A stretch of DNA of 64,000 nucleotides from Octopus vulgaris (lineage: Eukaryota). The stretch spans positions 81,406,001 to 81,470,000 of the forward strand of contig OX597821.1 of NCBI GenBank assembly GCA_951406725.2, given 5' to 3'. The stretch's first letter is position 1. Each line of letters begins with the position of its first letter. The translations under genes were made by a program, and so were the position numbers. Of the stretch, positions 25,100-37,630 are shown one piece after another. Below the pieces are notes generated by a model, which saw nothing but the letters and a program-made list of their open reading frames with translations, ran no database searches and had not been told where the DNA came from.

Positions 25100-26230
25100 A
25101 GGGAGTAAAAGAGGGCTAATCACAGGGAACAGTGTGAGGGAGTATAAATAGTAGAGGGGATGGAGGGGGATGTTCCATAAGAGTGTGGGAGGAGATGTTT
25201 AGGGACAGCATGTGATAGTGAAAGAAATTGGAGTGGCTGAGAGGGGACTATGGCATACATGTGAGGGCATGGAGAGTGTGCGGATAGACGTGTGGGAGAG
25301 TTGAGGGGCCAGCATCGAGTGTTAGGGGTGCTGGAAAGAGGAGTTGTGAAGGTGTTTTGACAGAAGATAGATTGTGTGTGTATGTGTGTGTGTATGAGTG
25401 GGGCATGGCCATACAGGATGTGCCTGTATGTATTGATGGTTATGATTTTACTTAGCTTGACGTGTGTCTTCTCAAGCACAACAAATTGCCAGAAGTCTCG
25501 GTCCCTTGTCATCTCCTCTGTGAGGCTCAACATCTAAAAATCATTTCTCATCATTTTATACCACATCTTCCTGGGTCTACTCCTTTCACATGTTCCCTCC
25601 ACAATTAGAGACTGGTACTTCTTTATGCAGCTGTCCTCATCCATACCTGACGACACACTGCAGTTTTCTCTCTTACACACGACATCTGATGCTTCTAACA
25701 CCCAATTTTTCCTATAAACCACTAACACTCTGTTCTACATGCACACTGACAGCACCCATCCAATGAAGCATGCTGGCTTCATTTCTTTCAAGCCTTCACA
25801 TGTTTTCTGTAGTCACAACCCATATTTCACTGTATGTAGCATAGCTGTTCATAGACAGGCATCAAACAATCTACCTTTCACTCTGAGGGAGAAGCCCGTT
25901 TTTACCAGCAAAAGTAGCAGCTCTCTGAACTTTGCCCAGACTGTTCTTATTGAAGCAACTATACTTCCAGAGCTTCCTCCTCCACTGCTAACTTGGTCAC
26001 CTAAGTAATGGAAGCCATCTACAACTTCTAAGGATTACCCTGGACATTTGAAGAAGTCTATTTTCCATACATTCTTAGTGTTTATTGAACTTTCAATCTG
26101 CCACTCACAAAGACTACTTTCTCTGTTAACCTTCATGTGATACCACTGCACCTCTTATATATCTATAGCTTGCATGGGGTACAGTGTATTGAATTTCTAT
26201 CAAAACCTTTTCGACACATTGAGCCATGTG
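25100..26230 (-). mobile_element. Decayed RTE LINE (RT C-terminal region and 3'UTR), same family as 48157-51060
   Basis: MDEDSCIKKYQSLIVEGTCERSRPRKMW and LSLTEEMTRDRDFWQFVVLEKT match the + strand copy. Confidence 0.8.
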
Positions 26231-27222
26231 AGCATGTCTGTGTTTTCTTGAGTGTCGCCATCATACCAGCATAGTAATTTCCAATATTGCTTGGAAACAG
26301 GTGAGGGTTGGCATTTAAAACTTGCCTCAATAAATTCCATCTGACTTACACAAGCAAGTGAAAAATGGACATTAAATGATATATATATATTTCTACATAT
26401 TCTAATTACCTCTAAGTCTTATCAACAGATATAAATGAACTTTGCTAAAGAGACTCTACCAAGATCAAAAATAGATTTCTTACCTTCACTAGTTAGCTCT
26501 CAATACAAGATCGTTTAACTTACACATACGCACACACACACACGCGCGTATCTATTACTTACTCTGGAAATGTTATATGAGAACATATCATGCAAAATCT
26601 GAAGTTTTGTTAAAAGCTGAACAACACACACAAAGAAAAGCTAATAAATTGATTTCAGTATTAAAGTAACAGCCACGGAGAACATTGACAGGCAAAGTCA
26701 ATGTGAACAAACAAAAATCTTTAAATTACAAAACTAAAAACTAATTTAAGAAATACTATAATAAATGTATGAAGGCACATGGCCATGTAGTCAGGGTGTT
26801 GTACTCGTGATAGCAGGATCATGGTTTTGATACCAAGACCAGCAGCATGTTGCGTTCCTGAGTAAAATGTTTTATTTTGTGTTGCTCCAGTTCACTCAAC
26901 TAAAAATGAGTAACTATGCAATGGACTAGCATCCTGTTGAGGGAGAATGTTGGCTTGCCCACCTGGCCAGTTAGGGTGACACCATTTGAAAGCTACAACA
27001 ATGCAAGGAACACATTGTGATCAGTGATGATAAATCTATATGAAACAAGAAAACTTTTACTAAAGAACACATGACTGAGAGTAACTTCTAACAGAGTTTT
27101 AAAGCCAAAAACAATTAAATCCAAGAATATTCTTTGAACTATTTGGGCCATTGTGTCTGAAAGATTTAGAACTACTGACTTAGTGTCTTAATAATTTAAC
27201 CTCAAAATAATAAAAAGAATTA

Positions 27223-27378
27223 CTGTATTTTAACATAAGGAACCTTCTTTTGTCAAAAATTAGGTTAAGAAAATATGGGAGTTTCTTATACATGGATACT
27301 ATTCTAATCCCTTACAAAACCATTTTTTCTAAATTTTAAACCCCAAAATTAGGGTTCCTTATACATGTTAAAATACAG
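27223..27378. mobile_element. Small TA-flanked MITE (Tc1/mariner-pogo type)
   Basis: TA|CTGTATTTTAACAT...ATGTTAAAATACAG|TA, plus inner taaggaacc/ggttcctta. Confidence 0.75.
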
Positions 27379-28559
27379 TAATTTTTCAAGCTGATTTTTC
27401 AGTTTTTGTATTCCATTGTCCAAGATATGATAGAGTTACAATGAAGAAAACACAATATTAATCTATGTTTAGTATTATTTTCAGTGCTTTCAGCAAGTAT
27501 GAGATACAACTTGACCATGTTTCAGCATTTATCTGAAGTCATCAGCAAAGCATAGCTTTCAGTGTACTTGCCAAAGTATTGATCACAAAACAAATGTAAA
27601 TGTACTTAGTGATAAAATGTAGTAAAATTACAAAGTAAGCAATATTGTACACTGCATGGCATAACTCCAGATCAAACAAAGCTTAATGAGTGTGATTAGG
27701 TCAATGGAAACTATCAGGAAGCACATCAGATGTAGGGTAAAGTTTGGTAAATTATTCCAGAGTGGTAAATTTAATTTGTTACCTTGTTTATCACTAACAC
27801 CTGGCCTTTGATTACTTTTTAGAGGAGTCTAAAAGCATTTGGGCCAGGACACTACACTAAAGATAAATTCTTCCAACCAAAAAGTTTATAGATACAGCCT
27901 TTTTGTCTATGACTAAAACATATAAATGAGTTGTTTTAAATGAATTCAATACTAGCACAGCCATTTGATGCTCAATTACTTTTCTTGGGTCCCATGGAAG
28001 AATGCATAAGAAAAGCAGTCAAGTATTGATTTCTAAATTATTATAGGAAGAAGTCTTCATTAGGTGTCCCCAAACCCTATGACTTACACAACATTTCTAC
28101 TAATAACAGGATTAGAGGGAAGAAAAAATAACACATCAAAATGTTGTTAGTATTATATAGCAAAATATATTCAATACATGCTGGTTCAGACATGAAAAAT
28201 AATAAATAATTCTTCACATACTAGTTGTTGTCTCTAAAGGCATGTTTCTGAAAAAATATATACAATTTATATATATATATATATACAAATACTGGTAGGA
28301 ATTACAAAGTGTATGTGTACATATGTTTTATGAATTACATATTTAATTAGATAATGAATTTCAATAGTTGTTGCATTCAACACATGAAATAAAAATCTGA
28401 GATTGTGAATTGTCTCAAATCCATGAATTCCGTTTACTACAGTAGACCCTTTCCTGCAAATGCATACATTATACTATTTCCCACTGTATATCTCTTGTCT
28501 TCTATCAAACCTTATTTTCTATCTTAGTTCTTGAATCCATTACTAACCCTCCCTGCCTG

Positions 28560-29700
28560 GCTCCTTCATTGGAATTTCAGCATCAACAACAGGGTATTTT
28601 TGTTTGTATGTATATATGTATGTGCAGATTTGTATGTTTTATGTCTCTTATATAGTTGCATATCTAGACATGCTCATATATATTTAAATGATAAACTTCT
28701 GGAAAGTTTTACAGATTTTTACAGTTCCAGTGATTGACTGGGTGTGTAGTCTTCGAATTAGCTTTCTCCTTTCTGATTTTGAGAAACCTAATTTCTCAAG
28801 ATTGGTATTTAGGCAGTGTGTTACATATCCCACAGCCCCAATAATTACAGGTATAAACCTGAACTTGTAATCTGGATAGAATAACTGCAGATTTCTCAAT
28901 AGTTCAGCATAAGTGTTCTCTTTTTCACTGATCTTCAGCTTTATGTTAACATCCGCTGGGCAGCTAATTTCCACAACTGTACACAGTTTCTTTTCTCTAT
29001 CCCAAATCTTTATATCAGGTCTGTTGTGCTTACATTTTATTGAGGTCTTCACTGGTACATTCCACCAGTATTCCATTTTATTACAAGTGGCTATGGTTTC
29101 TATCATATTGTGGGCTCTTATTTCTTTGTCCTCGGAATTATCCTTCCAACAGATTTCATTATAGAGTGTCCTAGCCACAACATCATGTCCCATCGGTAGA
29201 TAATACCGTGATGACATTTTCGGACAACTGTTTATGATGTGGGTGATATCTTCAGTGTGAACTCCACAAAGTCTGCATTGGTTGTCACATTTTACAGCTT
29301 TTCCCCACATCTCTCTCCCTTTTGTGCAAGAGGTACTTGGTTGATATTTCCTGTTCCTGGATTGCAAATGCATACTCTTCAAAGTGGGAGGTAGTAATCC
29401 GGCTATTCGTCCATGATAAACTGCTTTGGTGATTGATGTTACTATCATCATGGAACTTTCTACTAACATATCCATGCATAGTCTTCTGCTCATATAGGCT
29501 CATCCTTTCATCTGATGATACATTGCGGTAAAGTTGTGCGACTTCTTTGGGCATGTATTCTAGGTCAGCCAAAGAGTGTTGCTCAAGGAGCTGCCTTCCA
29601 AGTCTTATGATGTTATCAGCCTCATGTATCCAAACTTGGCCAAGGAATGCACTTCAACACTTGGTGGTTAAAAGACGTTGCTGAAGGGATATGATGCAAC
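28560..29700 (-). mobile_element. 5'-truncated R2-group (R4/Dong-like) non-LTR retrotransposon: CCHC knuckle plus restriction-like endonuclease
   Basis: CRLCG..EDITHIINSC, HDVVA, NRPDI..WD..VEISCP..KENTY, PVIIGAVG in ORF 28684-29493; frameshift upstream. Confidence 0.92.
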
Positions 29701-29789
29701 ATTTAAAGGCATTTTGGAAGTTAAGTTTCTGCCACCTTGTTTTCCTTTTAGATAATCACTGTTTATGTGGAAATTATGTGTGGTATGTA

Positions 29790-30690
29790 TGTCTCTCCTA
29801 TTTCTTAATTATTAAATCTTCCACTGAAGAGAGAGCTGGTTTCCAACAAAGATACAAGGCTCCATCTTTGGGATGTAGTCAACACAGACAAATTCACATT
29901 TGGAACTTGAGAAAAGTTTTGCATATTTTTACTGTTCCACTCACAGATTGCATTTGTATGAATTAGCCAGTCATTTTCTCTTTCTGAAAATCTCAGTTTA
30001 TCCAAATTCTTCTTTAAGCATTTACTAACAAAACCTAGTGCTCCATTTGTTATTGGTATGAATATGAATTCATAGTCTGGATATAGAAGCTGGAGGTTTC
30101 AAAGCAATTATCCATCGATATCCTCTTTTTCTTAGATTTTCAAAGAGATATTTACATCTACAGGGCAGCTGACCTCTATGATAGTACATACCTTTGCCCC
30201 TATGTCCAAAACAACAACATCCGGCCTATAATGCTTACATTTGGCAGAAGTTTTGATGGGAATATTCCACTAGTATTCCTTGAGTTGGTGTTTATGAATG
30301 TATTCCATAACTGAGGGATTTACTAAGTTTATTTCAGGACAGTCTTTTTTGCGGATGGCATTGTAAATAGTTCTAATGACAACATCATGCTGCATAGGGA
30401 GGTAGTACCATGACAGCATTTTAGGGCAGCTGCTAATCACATGTGTGATGTCTTCCACAAAAACATGACATAGCCTACACATGCAGTTGCACCTTGAGAT
30501 TACAAGAGTGTCACTGTCTCTCTTGTTCACCAGGTACTTTGTGGCAATCTTTTGTTCCTGGATTGTAAACACAAAGCCTTTGAAGTGTGAGGTGATGTAG
30601 TGGTCTTGGGTCCAAGAGAGGCTGCACTTCATGTCAATTCTACTATCTTCATCAAGCTTCCGGGCAATATATTCATGCATAGTATGCATG
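29790..30690 (-). mobile_element. Second decayed R4-like RLE element, in tandem with the first
   Basis: IQEQKIATKYL, CRLCH..EDITHVISSCPKM, HDVV motifs. Confidence 0.88.
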
Positions 30691-30739
30691 TATGTGTGCA
30701 TGCATGTCAAATTAATTTTAGTTAAAATAACAGACAAGT

Positions 30740-31086
30740 CAGGTGATCGATGAACACAGCAAAATGGTTGTTTATTTCTCGTCGTAATGTAGAAATGGTG
30801 TACGTGTTCTCTGGAGGGAAACCGACAGCCGAATCTGTAGTACTGATTCTTGTTTGTTAGTCGAAATGATTCGTCGTGGTTCACTGCTTGGTTGGTATGA
30901 AGTCTTCAGAGACTGCCAATACACGTCCGTTCACGGGTGCTGCGAGGGCCAGAAAGGATGAATGAGCAAACCGCGTTTTAGGGGTCAGTTTCCCGCACAT
31001 GCGCATGGGGAAGACTTCCGGTGGCCAACCGGAAGTAATCCCATTCTGCGCATGTGCGCTGAACCTTACACAGCAGCATCACTACA
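30740..31086 (-). mobile_element. CpG-rich ~350-bp insert, possible solo LTR
   Basis: Minus strand begins TGTAGT, carries AATAAA (30776-30771) and a promoter-like palindrome; flanked by duplicated sequence; 3' CA end not resolved. Confidence 0.45.
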
Positions 31087-31601
31087 TATTCATGCATAGT
31101 ATGTATGTATGTATGCATGTATGTATGCATGTATGTATGCATGCATGCATGTCAAATTAATGTGTTTTAGTAGACAAGTAATAGCAGCAGTATTCTAGTA
31201 TGTTACACCTCACCAGGAATGATTGACATTGAGGCACTTCAACAAAGAATACTTGGAGAGTGTTTGTATTATCTTCCCTTGTGTATGTCATTAGGTTGTT
31301 TCTTCTCAGTCCCTGATTTTCTGCAGTTACCAATTTCCTGCTGTCCAACAAGAAGGACCACACTGGTCTCACTAGTCTCAAAACTTTTGCAAAGGCTATG
31401 GGTATGACTCCTCCCTCCAGATGAAACCGTTATAAAAAAAACAAATAAATAGATAAATAAAATGCACATGGTATCTGGGTACTTTATAATTTTATGATAT
31501 GTACAGGCACAGCCTAGCACATACATGTATCATTTTCTTGGGGTATGTAGGCATGTGTACATGTATGTATGTATGTATGCATGCATGTATGCATGTATGT
31601 A

Positions 31602-31632
<31 letters not shown>

Positions 31633-32634
31633 ATATATGTATGTGTGTGTGTATGTATGTATGTATGTGTAGAGAGAGAAAGGAGAGGAAAGAGAGAGGA
31701 GAGAGATAATATAGATATCTCTATAATTATAGTGAGAAAAGAGATAATATAGTCACCAGAAAGTGCTCAGATAAATCTGAAGGTCAGAAGATCAAACTCC
31801 TTTGTCCATGGTAGGTAGCTCTGATGTAGGAAATCACTCCTCATCCCTGCTTTTGCTTATCTGCCTTTTCTGCGCCACCTCGACTGGCTTCCGTGCTGGT
31901 GGCACATAAAATACACCAATCCGACCGTGGCTGTTGCCAGCCTTGCCTGGCACCTGTGCAGGTGGCACGTAAAAAGCACCCACTACACTCACAGAGTGGT
32001 TGGCATTAGGAAGGGCATCCAGCTGTAGAAACATTGCCAGATAAGACTGGAGCCTTGTGCAGCCTTCTGGCTTCCCAGATCCCCGGTCGAACCGTCCAAC
32101 CCATGCTAGCATGGAGAACGGACGTTAAACGATGATGATGATGATGATGATGATAACAAGCATGTGAACTGGCTTCTCCAAGTACTGAATGTGTCAACAG
32201 ACAGCATAAATTCTGAAGTATGGTCTGAGCTAATGACCATGAAGTCAATAATGGACAAATTAAATCTTAAAGCTACTATGTTACAATACAGACAATTTAA
32301 TTACATTTTTTTACACATCATGTTTTCATATTCCATTTCATAATATCCTATGCTTCATATTAATTTATTGAAACTATAGCTACATTACTATTTTGTCTCA
32401 CCTAATCATGAAAATATAGTTAATTACATTGTTAAACATTTTTTTTTTTTAGAAATTCAAATGATTTAAAGATAGTAGGGTGTGTTTTGGGGGAGAATTA
32501 GCTGCTATTTCTAGCAGTCCAAACAACCACATCAAGGCTTCTGCACTAACTTGTCCTAGAAAATATGAATCTCATTTTTGTCCTCCTCTTTTATTCCAGT
32601 AAAGAATTGTCTAATTGTAGTATAGCAGCTTTAA

Positions 32635-32849
32635 CCCTTTAACATCGAGATTACTCTTTCAATGCTAATTTATTCACATTGTTTTGAATTTATAATGCAT
32701 TATCTTGTAGCCATGGGATTTTGATGAAGTGACTGTATATTTTTTAGACTAACATTGTAGGGTAGGTGTGAGAAGCTGGATCTGGCCAGTTTGAACGCAA
32801 AACAGGAAGAATATTTTGGCCAGATATGACCAGTTGAAATACTAAAGGG
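32635..32849. mobile_element. piggyBac-type MITE; partial relative at ~19336-19510
   Basis: TTAA|CCCTTTA...TAAAGGG|TTAA. Confidence 0.78.
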
Positions 32850-35689
32850 TTAAGATTTAATTTGTTCAGGAGTGACTAAAGGGTCATCAACTCTGGTCAT
32901 ACTATAGCATTGAGTAACCTGTCTATTGACACACTGAACACTCAGAGTGTTGATACAGGTACTGCCAGGTAACTTGTTTGTTGACATACCTTGATGACAT
33001 CGCTGAAATAAATGATGCCAGGGAAAAATTAAGGTCTGAATATATGCTACAAAATCTTAGGTTGTTGCCAACAGAATTAGAACCACAATACAGTGACTGG
33101 AGATGACTGCTGATGATAGTAAAACATCTCCATAAAACTAAATATCACTTTTAATGGAGACTAAAATGCCAACAAGTCAATGACTGGTCAATGATGTGGT
33201 TATTTGAATAGCTAGAAGTAGCAGCTAAATAGCCATCCCCTTGTCCCACAAAAGCCACTATTATTCTTTTATTCTTTTACTTGTTTCAGTCATTTGACTG
33301 TGGCCATGCTGGAGCACTGCCTTTAGTCAAGCAAATCGACCCCAGGACTTATTGCTTGTAAGCCTAGTACTTATTCTATTGGTCTCTTTTGCCGAACTGC
33401 TAATTTACGGGGGCGTAAACACACCAGCATTGGTTGTCAAGCGATGTTTGGGGAGACAAACACAGGCACAAACATATACACACACATATACACACATATA
33501 TATATATATATATATATGACAGGCTTCTTTCAGTTTCCGTCTACCAAATCCACTCACAAGGCTTTGGTCAGCCCAAGGCTATAGTACAAGACATTTGCCC
33601 AAGGTGCCACAGAGTGGTCTGAACCTGGAACCATGTGGTTGGTAAACAAGCTACTTACCACACAGCCACTCCTACTATCTTTAAAAAAAATTAAAAAAAA
33701 ACAAAAACACACTAGATTGTAGTCTCAGTTACATTTATGTCTGAAGAAATAATATGGTACAGTCACAGGCTGACAGGGATGAACAGGACTAAACACAACT
33801 AAAATATCTGATTTCTTAAAACACTGCAGCCAACATACTACTTCTTGTTAGCACAATAACATACCAAATGTACTTCTTCAGCTGACATCGTTTTTTTTTT
33901 CTATTTTAGAGCCATGCTTAATGTCACTGAGAACAATAGGGTGAGCAACTGTTTTATCTCCTAACAAAAGCCAGTCTTAATTGAGTACTACAATTTTTCT
34001 TCCAGTCAATTAAAAACACATATACAACATAGACATATATGGGTGCTTGTTGGTATGTATATAGGTGTGTATTGTGTGTGTTGGTGTGTAGGTGTCTGTT
34101 ATTTAGGTGTGCTGTGGGTTACATGAGTAAGTATTAACATGTTGACTACACATTTGTGGTAAAGTTTAGAGTGTCTTCTATATATAGGTATAGGAAATTA
34201 CGTGTTAAATCAACACAAGGATTTCCCCAAATGGAAACTCTGGTTATGATCATAGAAGTGGTTGCACAGTTTTGAGTTTTCATTTTGTTTTTTGATTTTT
34301 TTTTTTTTGTGAGTGAAAAAATTATGTTGAAATTCATTGCAATTTAATAATGGGGAAATCATTGGGACAGTAGGTCTTGCATTATGGAATTTCCTCATTA
34401 CAGCAAAGTTTTCAGGAATGAATATTATAGTTATGTGTTGGTACTCAAGTGGAAATCAGAGGTAATCCTCAGTTGGTGTAAAGCAAAGTTAGGATGGGCA
34501 TCATCACTGTTGGTATCATTATTTAATGTCCATTTTCCATGCTGGCATGGGTTAGATGGATCGACAGAAGCTGGTAAAGCCAGAGGCAATACTAGGTTCC
34601 ATAGTCTGTTTTGACTTGGTTTCTACAGCTGGCTGCCCTTCCTAATGCCTACCACTTTACAGAGTGTACTGGGTACTTTTTTTGTGGTGCCATCACCAAT
34701 GCTTTATGCATGGTACCAGCACCAACACTGATGCGCTTTATGCAGCACCTTGGTGCCAGTACCTACATATAATCCAAGATTATATTCACACATTCAAAAC
34801 AAATTCACCCATGTGTGTGTGTTATATATATCATCATCATCACTTAATGTCCATTTTCCATGCTGGTATGGACTGGATGGTTTGACAGGATCTAGCAAGC
34901 TGCAAGACTGCACTGAGCTTCAATCTCTGTTTTGGCATGGTTTTTACAGCTGGATGGCCTTCCTAGAGCCAACAACTAGACAGTGTATACTGGGTGTTTC
35001 TTTCGTGTATCCAGCACTAGTGAGGTCATCACATAATTTGCAAGACAGGAAAAAAGGAAAAAAGCCTCCCTTGACTAAGTGTATGTGTGTGTGTGGGGGG
35101 GGGGGGAGTATCTGCGAAGGAGAAGTGTCTGTATGCTAGGTGTTGAGAGGATAAAGTATGATAAAGGAACAAGCACAGGGTACCTACCAAAGAAGAGAAG
35201 CCTGACTAAACCACATTATATGAGGGTTGGTGGGAGTAACTGAGAAGAAAATAAAGATGGTAGTGATGGGGTAGCAGAGCAAAGTCACAAGGTGGCAATA
35301 TTTGCCTACCTTGTAACAATGTTACCATTTCCTAAGGAATCTTTAGCAAAATTTCACCCTGAGGCATAACAGGGTGGTTAAATTGTTAGAATCATGATCC
35401 TGAGATTGTGGTTGTGATTACTTGACTGGGTAACATGTCATGTTCTTGAGCAAAATACTTTATTTCACATTGCTCCAATCCATTCAGCTGGTAAAAAGTG
35501 GATAATCCTGTGATGGACTGATGTTCCATCCACAGGGTGGGTGGGAATTATCATGTCATGGAAACTAGAAAACTGGCCCTATGAGTCTATATACATCCCT
35601 AGTGATAGCATAAGATATATGTTTTTCTTTTTTCTCTCACTCATACATATCCAAACACACATATATGTACACACATACACCAAAAATGT

Positions 35690-36325
35690 AGATTATGTTA
35701 TATTTCTGCAGAAGACAACACATGTGATTGGTAGTTGTCCAAAAATGTCATCAAGGTACTACCTCCCTACATGGCACAACACTGTTGCAAAAACAATATA
35801 CAATGCCATTCAGTAAAAAAAAGAAACTGTCCTGGAATAAATACAGAGAATACATACACAAACATCAATACATTCCCATCAAAACATCTGTCAAGTGTAA
35901 ACATAACAAGTCAAATGTTGTTTGAGACAAAAAAAGTATGTATAGTCATAGATGTCAGCTGTCCTCCTGATGTGAACATCTCTTTGGTTTTCAAAGAGGA
36001 AGAGAATAACTATGGACAACCGCTTCAAAACCTCCAGCTTTTATATCCAGATTATAAATTTGCATTAATACCAATTTATACCAATTTGGTTTTGTGAGTA
36101 GATTCCAAAGTGGCAATCTGGGTAAGCTAGGGTTTTCAGAAAAAGAAACCAATCAACTGATTTGCACATTACAAATACAAACTATAAATGAAATAGTAAA
36201 AATATGCAAGACTTTTCTCAAGTTTAAAATATGACATTGATTTTGTTATCTATATCCTAACGATGGAGCTTTGCATCTTTGTTAGAAACCAGCTCCTTCC
36301 ACATAGGAGGAATTTAAATAATTAT
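35690..36325 (+). mobile_element. Third R4-like RLE fragment, inverted relative to 29790-30690
   Basis: HVIGSCPKMSSRYYLP..HNTVA, IDVSCPPD..NYGQPLQNLQLLYPDYKF; shared 3'UTR gatggagc..ctttgtt.gaaaccagctc. Confidence 0.88.
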
Positions 36326-36365
36326 CATAAAAACAGAACACACACACACACACACAAGCATTATG

Positions 36366-36716
36366 TATTGGAATGCTATCATTATAAAAATTGTGCATTT
36401 AAGTCATATCTTCAAAAAGTTAACATGCAGTTTCAAATACTATGGAAGATAGAAAATAATTTATTCTTTAATATATTTCAATTATGAATTTGTTAATATT
36501 TCTAAAATATTCAGGTTTTATGATTTTATAGAACATAAAAATTGAACTGCTAGTTTTTATAATGCTCGAATATATTTGAAATTTTTTAAGCAGTTTAAAA
36601 GTGTAAGAAAATTTAAATGTGAATGAAAGATTCGATTATTTTCTGTTTTCCATGATATTTGAAACTGCATGCAAACTTTTTGAAGATAGGAACTTTAGTG
36701 AAAGCAGCATTCCAAT
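36366..36716. mobile_element. Decayed long-inverted-repeat MITE
   Basis: tattggaatgct/agcattccaata and tcttcaaaaagtt..catgcagtttcaaata / tatttgaaactgcatg..aactttttgaaga. Confidence 0.7.
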
Positions 36717-36909
36717 ATATATTGTCTACATCTTTTGTGTGAAATATAATTGTCTTCCAGGTATTGTCACAGACAGTGGTTGAATTCTTTAAAAAAATAT
36801 GGTTTTGTATCTACTATATAAATTCAAATAGACATAATTTTTAAATGAAAGATTTTAATAGCCTATTTAAATCTCTAACAATTCTTGCACAATATTCATG
36901 GTTCAACAT

Positions 36910-37250
36910 ACTCCAGGACTTTAAAACAGTTGCTCAGTATAACTGAGCAACATACCATGAAGCCAGCCAGAGAAAATGCCTCTTCAAAGATGATGACACA
37001 ACAAAGCAATGAGCCAAAGAAGAGGCTGCAGCTTTGCATTCTCTGAGCAAGATGAGCCTTGCTATTATTATAAGTGTTTACTCATCATCTGATCCTTAGC
37101 AACTTTGACTTAATCATAGGTCAGTGTTGATGCATTCAGCTATCTCCAAGATGGTGATGCTCCTGTATAGGCATTATCAAAATCCATTGACTGAAATCAG
37201 TAAAAGAATATGTTATTCGAAGTTCTTTCTCAGAGCATATTAACTCATAT
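36910..37250 (+). mobile_element. Decayed Helitron Rep/Helicase fragment
   Basis: QDFKTV..TYHEASQRKCLFKDD..EEAA..SDP*QL* matches the Rep-Pif1 linker consensus DLKTV..TxxEAC..GLLxDD..EA..PxxPxxLW; in-frame stops. Confidence 0.6.
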
Positions 37251-37512
37251 TCAGTGAAACTGATGTTCCCTTTCTGTATGATGAAAAGTTACAATAACAA
37301 AACTTAGTACCAGATTGTTAGAAAGTTATAAGAGCTGTAGGGTTGGCTTGAAGATGGAGAACTATACCTCCCTTTTTTCTAAATTATGAATATGTCTTCT
37401 TCAGATAAATTCCTAAGATTCTTTAGTAAAATTTATTGTTTACATTTTTGTCAACTAAAGAAAAGGACAGTGAGTATACCAAGTACAAATTATTAAGAAT
37501 AATGAAACCAAC

Positions 37513-37630
37513 CTTTGTTTCTTTTAAAGAACCAAGAAAAAAATCCAGTTGATGGCTTTACATCAGAGATTAGAGGACCAAATTCCGTGAATTCTGAAGG
37601 TGTATTTTCCCAGTGTTTTTTGTTTGCCAT
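37513..37630 (-). CDS. PIKFYVE: PIKfyve coding exon 1 (start codon): MANKKHWENTPSEFTEFGPLISDVKPSTGFFSWFFKRNK; exon extends to 37661 with 5'UTR
   Basis: ATG at 37630-37628; acceptor tttatttgctag| at 37663/37662; donor G|gttggt at 37512; 118 nt, phase 1, fits the next exon; TEFGPL..FFS motif resembles animal PIKfyve N-termini. Confidence 0.85.
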
